The notes under the pieces are model-generated. The model saw only the letters and a program-made list of their open reading frames with translations. It did not search any database and was not told where the DNA came from. The position numbers were made by a program, and so were the translations under genes. A stretch of DNA of 55,877 nt, filler included, from Thelocarpon superellum (taxonomy: Eukaryota): the NCBI GenBank assembly GCA_026025795.1. It is 2 parts of 2 records of this genome, joined end to end, with 100 filler letters (N's around TTAATTAATTAA, not from the genome) between each part and the next. Parts side by side here need not be neighbours in the genome. Positions count along the whole stretch, not along the records: positions 28,018 to 55,877 come from JAPEUG010000240.1; 1 more part is not named here. One strand, written 5' to 3'. This document shows positions 47,143 to 55,877 of the stretch, in pieces (position 1 is the first letter of the stretch; each line of letters begins with the position of its first letter).

Positions 47143-49924
47143 GACCCTGATCAATCCCGATTGCGATCAAACCCTAGTCACAACAGGACAAAGGCCACGA
47201 CCAAGAAGAGAGTGTCGGAAGGACGGCAATGGAGAGCAAGCAGGAACAGGCCGGGCATATCCTCAAGACGGAGAAAGGAAGGACTGGTTAGCGTGATGCC
47301 AAGAAGTCTCGGCGAGGGCGGTAAGGAGAGACTCGAAGGACAGAAACGAACAGAACGAGAGAAAGGAATGGGAGGAAGTCACACCGGACAACCATTAGAG
47401 GGCCATGCCGGATATGCTGCGACAAAAGGAGACAGGAGCGAAGACACCCCGCCTTATAGGACGTCGAGCCAGTCAGGCGGAGGGCCGCTGACGTTGCACC
47501 CTGCAAACTCCAGCATCGCCCACAGGTCTGAGCAGCTGAGCACGTTTGTTCAAGCGCGGATGATGTTTCAGGGCCGGAAGCATGAGCGAGTTGGCATTGC
47601 AGTGTTCATGGCCATGCCGCTACGCGAGAGCTGATCGTGGTCGGTCGGACCTGAACGGACCGCAGAAGCGATCGAGCTCCCTGAGGCTGATTGGTGGAGA
47701 TGAGTGTGAAGCATGAAGGTTTCAGACGTCGTCGTCCCTATTGGACCAACGGACGGACCACATCTTCATGCATGTCCATGCCCGTTGAGGTCAGTGTGGT
47801 GTACGGCGACCGAGCTCGATCGCACACAAGAGGCCTGGCATGATTGCTCGGTGGTGGTAGCCAAGCTTTTCCATGGAGCAGAGGACGAGAGAGGAGATGT
47901 GGGAACCTTCTTCTCCGCCAATTGCGCCATCGTGGAGTTGGCCGTTGAACACCGCTCTGACGCAGCCGGCGACACTCATGTTGCTCGTTCGTGTCGGATG
48001 TTCGATACAGAAGGATTCTCGGCCAGATGGATCAGACGTCAGACGTTACAAAACGTGGCACAGACGCCATGAAGGAATCGGCTCGAGCTCGTCGCTTCCT
48101 TCTCGTCGACCAGCCGAGCGGTGGCTCACGCGACCCGCGGCACGGGCGATCAATCGTCAGTCTTTAGGAGGTGGTTCGCCAGCGAGCGCCACCCGCCGCG
48201 GCTGAGAACATGGCGCTGTGTCGTGCCATGCCCGGCACTGTATTGCTGTCGTCCCCACCCGCGCGGGCTGACGGCATCTTGCATGGTTGTGCACTTACTC
48301 GTATGCTGCTAGAATTCGTACGCGTCGTCTACTGTGGGAACCATCGCTAGCCCAACCACGGCCTCCACAGCCCATGCCGACTTTACAGGTCAGTCCACGT
48401 TGCATGGTACCCGAATGCTCTTCAAGGTGGAGGTTCCTGCTATGTCCAGAAGCTTTCGTCCTGTATACCGAGGTGACTCGTTATCGGCATGGTGGACGAG
48501 AATATAGCGTCGAGCATTAGCGAAGTAGAGTATGAATGGATACGGGATTGGGATGAGGCTGCGCGAAGCAGGTCTATCGGCGCCCAAGCGGGCATGACGT
48601 GAATGCCAAGCATCGTGAGCTTGATGTCGATGGGCATGGAGAAGGTCTTCAGGAGGATTGCGATGGATGCCGTTCGCACACCCACCTACCGCGCGCTGCA
48701 CACGCCGCCCGGGGATACATAGCCACTTATGGGACTGGTCGGTGCAAGTGATCCTTCGTGGAGAGCACGACCTGTGGGCGTCTCAGACGATTCATGTGCT
48801 CTATTTTTACCTCGGCGGATTTGCTGGTTTGCAGGCCTCTCATTCGTCACCGTCCCCACGAATTAAAGTTGGGGTGGGGTGAGAAGAGCAGCGAAAGTGT
48901 GCACTCTGCGCAGACCGGCCCGACCGTGCTCGTCAACTTGAGTGGAGTTCATGTCGAGCATGGCTGAAGTCATAAAGAAGCTCGATTGAGCCGAAGCAGT
49001 CATGGCGGTCCAAGACACCTACCTCGAACGTTCATCTCCGAATCATCCCAGTCGAATGCGTGACCAATGCCAGTCTAGAGCGCGGCGTGGGTTCGATCAG
49101 ACATTTGCATCTGAGATGGAGGATGTCGAGCACGTTGGCCATTCCGCGCACCCGCCTCGCTTTGGGCGACGGCGGACTTGATCGCGCGGCCACCACGCCG
49201 GCATAAAGTTGAGAACACGCAAGACGCAACCTTTCGCAGCTTCTGAAACTCTCATCGGCATTTACACGTTCCTACGCGTCGAAGACCTGTCCCTAGAATT
49301 TCCCGACGAGAAGCAGCGGACCTGGCGCACCTCGTAACCTCGCACGCCCTACATCCTTCCATGAGGTTGACGTTGGATGTTTCAAACCCACGAGTGGCAC
49401 CATTCCTCCACGTACTGCTTCGGCCACCAACGATAGCCGCGAGGTCGTAGCGAGGCAAGAAGGATTACGAGAAGCGGACTCGGACCGTCGAACGGTGGGA
49501 GCGGAGTTTACCTCACGTTTCAGCGAAGCGAGAGGATTGCGCCTTCTCAACCCCACCGGCGCCAGCGTGTGGCATACGCATGCGTTGGGCTGACGGGGGC
49601 ACCGCAGCTATTGAGCTGCAAGGCTTTGGAGGCCAAGCTTTGTCGTCCCTAGAGTGGCGTCATGCTCGGTGGCGCCGTGGCTGGCCGTCTCTCGTCATTG
49701 TTGCCTCAAATGGTGGAACACACAGGAAGGATCTGGAACCTGGACAAGGCAAGAGAGCCAGCCGACATCAGGTGTAATGGTAGGACTGGATGCATCACGC
49801 ACAGTGAGTTGCGCATGGCCGATCGTGCACGCGGGCTTGTACTGTACACAAAGGCGAGATGAAACGGTAGATGAAGGCGGAAACACGACCAGCACGACCC
49901 GGGCTATGTGATTACAATCCAACT

Positions 49925-52747
49925 TCAGCTCTCCTGATCCTCATCATCCGCGACCAGCTTCGCCCGCTTTCCTCGCCCGTCCAGCGTCTGTAAGCCGATG
50001 GAGGAGCCATCAACGTCGGCCCCCGACAGGGCCATGGCCTGCCGTCCCGTGTCGGACGTTTCGAGGAACTCTCGCAATCGCTCTTTGCCCACCTCGAGGG
50101 CCTGCTGAGACGCAGCCTCGGTCATTCGCAGGATGGGACCCCAGAGGTTGAGGGTGTACGTGACGTACGCGCTGACACCAATCAAGATGAGAAAGACAAA
50201 ATAGATGGGGTTTCGCAGGACTGCAAATGCCCGGGGTCAGCATGAGGCTTCATACAAGGCTCTGGGAAAGGATCAGGGGTGAGGCGCAACATACCGGCGA
50301 CGATCTCGTTCCAGCCCAAGGCCAGCAGCAGGCCGTAGAAATACAGCGGCACCTGCGCGACGCCGCCAATCGCGCTCCGCTTGGCCTCGACATACACCCC
50401 GTCAGCCGTCTTCTTGAAGCGCGCGGTGAGGTCTTGTCGCTTGGCCTCGCTGAGCACGCGCATCTCTTCCTCCACACTCTTTCCCTCGTTCTCGTCCACG
50501 CCGCCAATCGGGGCAAGGTCTTCTTCATCGGCTGGACTGACGGTATCCGGGGGCGGCCCAATCCACGTCTCCAGGGGCGGAGGACGGGAGGTGCTGGTGA
50601 GGCGAATCTGCGACAGGATGGGGATGACGGTCAGCGTCGACTCGCGTGCTTTGGTGTAGGCGCCCTCGATGTCGTCCGTGGGCCGCCAGATCCGGGGGAC
50701 GCCCTCGTCGTCATATCGGAAGATGTTTTCGAAGCTGCGGGGGCATCCACGTTAGCCGGCGTAGATATATGGGACGATGGCGCGGTGGCGTACTTCTCGC
50801 GCAGCTTGAGGAGGATGTTCCCCTCCATCACTTCTTCGTCCACGCGGGCCCGCAGCTGTCCCCACGCTTTTCGTCGCAGGCGCCAGAGGCCGACTTCGGA
50901 TTCTTCCGGGCTAGCATCAAAGCTTCCGGCACGCTCGATGAATCTTCCCTCCGCCTCATCGACCGTCGTGGTAAAGACGGCCCACACCCGATCCCACAGG
51001 TCGGCTTCGGCGTCGGTCCGGCCACGGCTTGAGCCGAGCTTGGTGAACTCCAACCCGATGGATTCCCCGAGCCGCGATTTGACCCACCGCTCCACGCGCG
51101 ACGCCAGCCGTCGCATCTCCTCTTTGCGCAGGCGTCCGCTGACCTCATCAAGCTCGTCGCGATAGCGCTTCAGCTCCTGCCGGTACTCGCTCCATGGCGC
51201 GCCATCGACCTGCGCTGCCTTGGCGTCGCCATCGAAGCTGGTCAGGGCCACGTGGGTTTCGCGCTTGACGATGTCGGCGAAGTCGTAACTGCTCCCCTTC
51301 TTCTGCCCCGCCTTGACCGCGGATGAGACGGCCTCGCTGAAGGCATGGAGCCCGGCTTTATGCGCGGCCGCCAACTGACCCTGGAAGAGGGCTTTCAAGC
51401 GCGTGTCCAGCTTCGCCCCGAGCTCGATTCGCTTGCGTGTGTAGACGGCTTTGTGGTAGCGACTCGCCTCGGTCTCGAAGGCACGGATGGCCTTCGACCG
51501 GGCCTTGGTCATGGCCTCGCCTAAGCCAGGTAACCGGGCCGGCTTGCCCGACCGCACGCCCTCGGCCTGCCTCTCCTCGAGCGGCGTGATGAGCTCGTCA
51601 AAAGCCTGGAGCACCTCGCGCGCGATCTCGTCGCACCGAAACTGCGCTAGGAGCTCTTGCTGCGTGGGTAGGTCGAGGTCTTTGTTGCTTACGATCTGGT
51701 CCCACACGCTCTCCGCGTACTTGGGAAATCCATCGGCCGGGATACGCCGATGGTACTCTGAGAGGAAGACGCCGCCGGTCAACTCCTGCTGACCGCGGAA
51801 GGCGTCTTTCTTGGCGTCGCGGTAGTCCTCACGGAAGCGTGTCCCCAGCTTCTCGACCTCCTGCACAAAGCGTTCGGGCTGGAGGATCTTGTGGGGCAAG
51901 GCGGCGAAGGCGAAATCAAAGTAGTCTTGGATCTTGGATTTCTCCAGCCCGGGCGGCTTGGACAGCGCCGACCAGATGTTGGTGAGATCCTGAATGAGCG
52001 TGTTGCGCAGGTTGGAGAGCGGAGTGGTTCCGAGGTGGTCCCGGATGACGAAGAAGAGGAGCGATCGAGGATTGGAACTACACGAGGGGGTCAGCACAGG
52101 TGCGTCGTCCGTCGCGGCCACACGTACTTCTTATCTTTCAGGAACAGCTGGAGATTGACTTCGAACACCGTCTTGAGCAGACCCATGTTGGCACCTTGAT
52201 ACAGGCCGACCTGATGCTCCCAGATGTTCACGATCAGCACCTCACTCGTCGCCAGGGCGAAGAGGGCGCTCTTGCGCTCGAAATCCTGGTCTTCACCACG
52301 TTCGCGCCCATCCGTGCCCTCGACATCCATGACCAAGATGTTGTCGGCCATCTTGCGTGAGCCGGCGCCCTCGCCACCCTCCCCTCCTGCACGCTTGTTC
52401 TTGGACATCCAGATACCCTTGGTGGTCTGGCGCCGTTCATCCTCCGACATGACGCCAAAGGCGGTGCCGAACAGGTGGTTCAGCAGCGTGGATTTTCCCG
52501 TCGACTGTGAGCCGAAGACGGAAATGAGATGGTAGTTGAAGCCGGCTGGGGTGACGCGCTCCGCGGACAGGTAGCTGGGGAGATTGGGGCCAAACTCCTT
52601 GTCCTCGTCGATGACCTGGATGCCATGTTTGTACTGCTCCTTGGTCGGAGTGCCGCCCGAGACAGGGGCGAAGTGGCCGTTGACCGACATGACCGACGGG
52701 CTCGTATGGCGGCCGGAGATCGACGGCCTGCTCTCCCCCCCGTTCAT
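49925..52747 (-). CDS. SEY1: Dynamin-like ER fusion GTPase (RHD3/Sey1 family), 4 exons
   Basis: [51 protein letters not shown] and the TM hairpin LLLALGWNE; three introns. Confidence 0.96.
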
Positions 52748-53485
52748 CTTGGAGGGACTGTGGTTGCGGAGGCCAGGGCGGGCACGCTCAGGATAGCAAG
52801 CACATGAAGGCAAAGGGGGGCAGGGGCCGGAGCTCGAGATGGAGAGCGTGAAGAGAAACTCGTAGCTCCCTTGCCCTCGACTCCGAGGACTTGCACAGGT
52901 ATGGCACCTTGACGGGGGTGGCGCCGATCTTAGCGATCTTGCTGGGCCGCGACGAGCAGCGTCGGGCGCATGACGAGCGTGGAAAGCTCAACCGGCAAAT
53001 GAAATTCGAACCTCGGGCACTAACTACATCTGGCTGGTTGGCCTACTCGACTCCATCGCAGTTAGCAACCCGAACCTGACCCGGCCTTCTCCAATCACAG
53101 GGACGAGTCTGCGTACGCCCAACTCCATCATCAAAGCGCAGACCCGCTACGTGCCTTGAGAGGCACCTTGGGCTATTCAAGACATCTACGCCCATATGAT
53201 AGAGTATACTCTAACTGTCCACTTGGTGAATAGGGAACCCGCAATGAGCTGTGCTGGCGTGCTGGGCCGGGGCACGAACAAGCTGGGGCCTGGGGGCGTA
53301 TGCAGAATGAGTAGCGTCCAGCGGTTGTTGCTGACAACGTTACCCTCTGCCAGGACCGATGATGTGCTGCTTCTTGGATGATCATGAACAGTTCAATTGA
53401 GTCTATGCACAGCAACGGTAGAAGCTCACAAACGCCCAATGAATTCTGCCAATTCAAGCCTCATCCGCCAAGGGCCTCTGCTACC

Positions 53486-54511
53486 TTATCGCGGGCTCGG
53501 GGGCGGCTCGGATTGCTCGGCAGACGACTTTGCTGCGCGACGAAGGCTAAGGTCATTCCAGAATCGATCAATGTCTTGCTCATACGTCGTCTCTTCGTAC
53601 GGAATCGCCCACTTCTTGGGATGCTGGTCGACCATATTGAGCCATTCCTCCATGTGCCGATTACGCTCGGGGACGGCGGGAAAGTGGACCAGCAGGTCGC
53701 CTCGCTTCCCTTGGAAGGCGTCATCGTGGTAATATGCGTTGAACCACGTCCGAGGCGGGTAGACGGTGTGCTCCTCGAATCCAGTACGATTGAGAACGAT
53801 CTCCATCGCCCGTTGGTCGGGCGAGTGTTCGAGGTCCAGGTCCGGCTCGCAAATGGGCACCGCGATCGTGGCCGACACCATCTTGACCGACCATTGATGG
53901 ACACGTGTGAAGAAGATGCCCGAGTTGAGGCCGAGGTCATCCGTCGTCCCCAGAAAATGCACGTCTCCGAACTCCAGCGGCGGGAGAAAGACGCGCACGT
54001 CGACCGTCGGGTTCAGGATGACACTATCGGCATCTACCCACCTGCAGGCACGCGAAAGATGATGAGCCCGGGGCCGCAGCGCCAACTTGCGAGGCCGGAC
54101 TTACATGATCCACTCCAGGCGCTCCTCGGCTGGTTTGGCCAGCTCCTGCACCAGGACCGACTGCAGATACAGCAATTTGCTCCAATACCCCTCCTGGATC
54201 TGGCGACCGAGGACGGTCATGGTATATCCATGACGCCGATTATGGCTGTCGTGGTTGGCCAGGGCCCGTTGATACAGGGCGTCTCCCTCACCGTACGACA
54301 TGGACACCTTGCCCAGCCGAGTCTTCGTGGAGAGCCGTGGGCCTGACTCAATCTTGGCCGGCGGGGAGTCGGACAATTCGAGGCTGTGCTGCAGGTGCTC
54401 GTCGGCGTGGCGCATCATGCCAAGGCCCTGGCCGATGGAGGAAGACCGCGCCAGCAGGGTCATGACCGTCACCACCCCGACAAAAGTGGCCAGCGGCCAG
54501 AGGAAGAAAGG
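53486..54511 (-). CDS. GT34 glycosyltransferase (GMA12/MNN10 family); 5' exon not resolved
   Basis: N-terminal TM segment; YQRALANH..HNRRHGY, WSK, WIM|WVDADS (DxD across an intron at ~54042-54103), GLNSGIFF, DQRAM, PRTWFNAY and VHFP motifs. Confidence 0.85.
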
Positions 54512-55877
54512 CTGAGCATTCAGTCAATGACAAGTCCCCAAACTCGAGCACCGCCGGCGCGTCGACCGGTTATGCCACCCACTGACCGGCACATTAGCCG
54601 CGACCATGGAAGAGGCAAGAGAGGAGAATAATGGCCACTCACCTTTAATCATGATTTGCGATTTGCTCTATGATAGCATGGAGCCGCAAGTTACTCTCTA
54701 TATATTGGTGGGGGAGAGAAGGCCGAGAAACAGGGCGTGGAACGCGTCGATGGCCGCGTTCGTTGCCATGGTATAAGTATCCTGTCCCTGATCAGCCGCT
54801 GCGGGCCCAGTCTATATGTATCTGCGTATAGGTAGGTCCGCCAAGCGCAGAGTATGCCGCCTCATCGAGTAGTGCGTACTTGGAACATCCCCACCGACAC
54901 GTACTACGCAATCTTGGCTGGGAAGTGGGGAGTTCTGTTCGCAACAGGCAAGGTATAGCCTGGCTGCTGACATCCTCTGCCTTGCAAACACTGATGGGCA
55001 AGCTCCTCATGATGAAATGGCGCTATGACACCAAGTTATTTTTACTAGTACTCGATCTCTGTACGGTGACTGATAGGTCAGTTGGGGGCCTGCACCTCCC
55101 GCCTGGTGAGGATTGCCCTTGGTAACACGTCCTCTAAGCCCCCGACCGCACTCTGCCAAGACACGCGGGCAGGCCACTTGAGTCCAGGATGGTGGGGTGT
55201 CGACGTGATCTCTCCATCGTTCATGCCGGCGAGACTGGCATATTCCGCTTGCTGCGGGCCGACGTTACATCACACAGCAACGCCACAACAGCAGCCGTTC
55301 TTTAGCGAGCACGCCCTACGAGTAGAGGCGCGCTCCGCGGGGTCCTCGTACGGGCGCTGATGTCTAACCGGGCGTGCTTGCATGGGCTGAAACCTTGTAG
55401 TTGCGCCCGGCTGCGTTTCTGCTCGACCCTCTGCCCATCTTCTCCCTGGTGTCGACGAATCATGTCAAAATATCGCCATGGCGTTCCCGTGCGATGCCAC
55501 CCCAGCTGATATCCATTGCATCAGCGAACGCCCCTCTCCGATGTGGACGCTTTCGCCTCACCCGGCACATTTGCAGGGGCGCTGGTGACAAAGAAGGTCC
55601 ACCGTCCCGTCGCACGGCAGGTTCGTGCGAGACGTTCGAGATCAAACATCTCCCTGATGGGGCACCCCCACAAGGCGAGCAGATGTTCATGCGGGAAATG
55701 ATCTGCAGAGTCGGTCAGGTTTCACGTTCGATTCGGATTGAAGGACGTACCTTGCCGTGTCGGCCAGGCCTCAAAGGTCGGTACGTCACCAGCCACGGCA
55801 GCGAAGTAGCTGTCATGGAGCCATTCTAGCACGTGGTCTTCCTGAGCCACGCCAGCCCAGCTCAGCCCCTTCTTGTC

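Noticed and set aside
47200..49900. Many short ORFs in the long LPMO-SEY1 intergenic region
   Set aside because: No family motifs, signal peptides or credible splice chain, and no tRNA cloverleaf could be built.
50227..54346. 312-aa and 322-aa plus-strand ORFs
   Set aside because: Antisense shadows of SEY1 and the GT34 gene.
1..55877. Secondary-metabolite cluster, intact transposon, rRNA or tRNA genes
   Set aside because: No PKS, NRPS or terpene core, no transposase, RT or integrase ORF, and no RNA-gene signature was recognised by eye.

Overview
Eukaryotic, intron-containing DNA of a filamentous ascomycete (Pezizomycotina-type GT..CTRAC..AG introns; GC-rich genes separated by lower-GC repeat patches). 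The window is two contigs joined by an artificial 100-nt spacer (N44-TTAATTAATTAA-N44, 27918-28017), so linkage across that point is unproven. Conserved genes: hemerythrin/HHE protein, KEX1 carboxypeptidase, YBT1-like ABCC transporter, OPT oligopeptide transporter, a conserved disordered fungal protein, SDR, class-3 lipase, AA9 LPMO with a long polyQ tail, SEY1 and a GT34 glycosyltransferase. Between them lie many small or novel secreted proteins: a CVNH lectin, a KP4-like toxin homologue, three mutually related Cys proteins of possible KP6-like fold, two tandem-duplicated two-domain proteins, an M35-like protein with a degenerate HEXXH motif, and a Cys-free disordered protein. Also present: a pseudogene patch at 3.1-8.4 kb (F-box plus nuclease-like, ankyrin, CNF1/CheD-like deamidase motif) and four ~250-bp solo LTRs of one family carrying CACGTG arrays and a TATA box. 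Best candidate for an undescribed system (inference): toxin-like secreted paralogues and KEX1 lie just downstream of sense-oriented copies of the same E-box-bearing LTR, and one copy shows CpG-specific rather than classical CpA (RIP) decay. All family calls come from motif recognition by eye; no searches were run.
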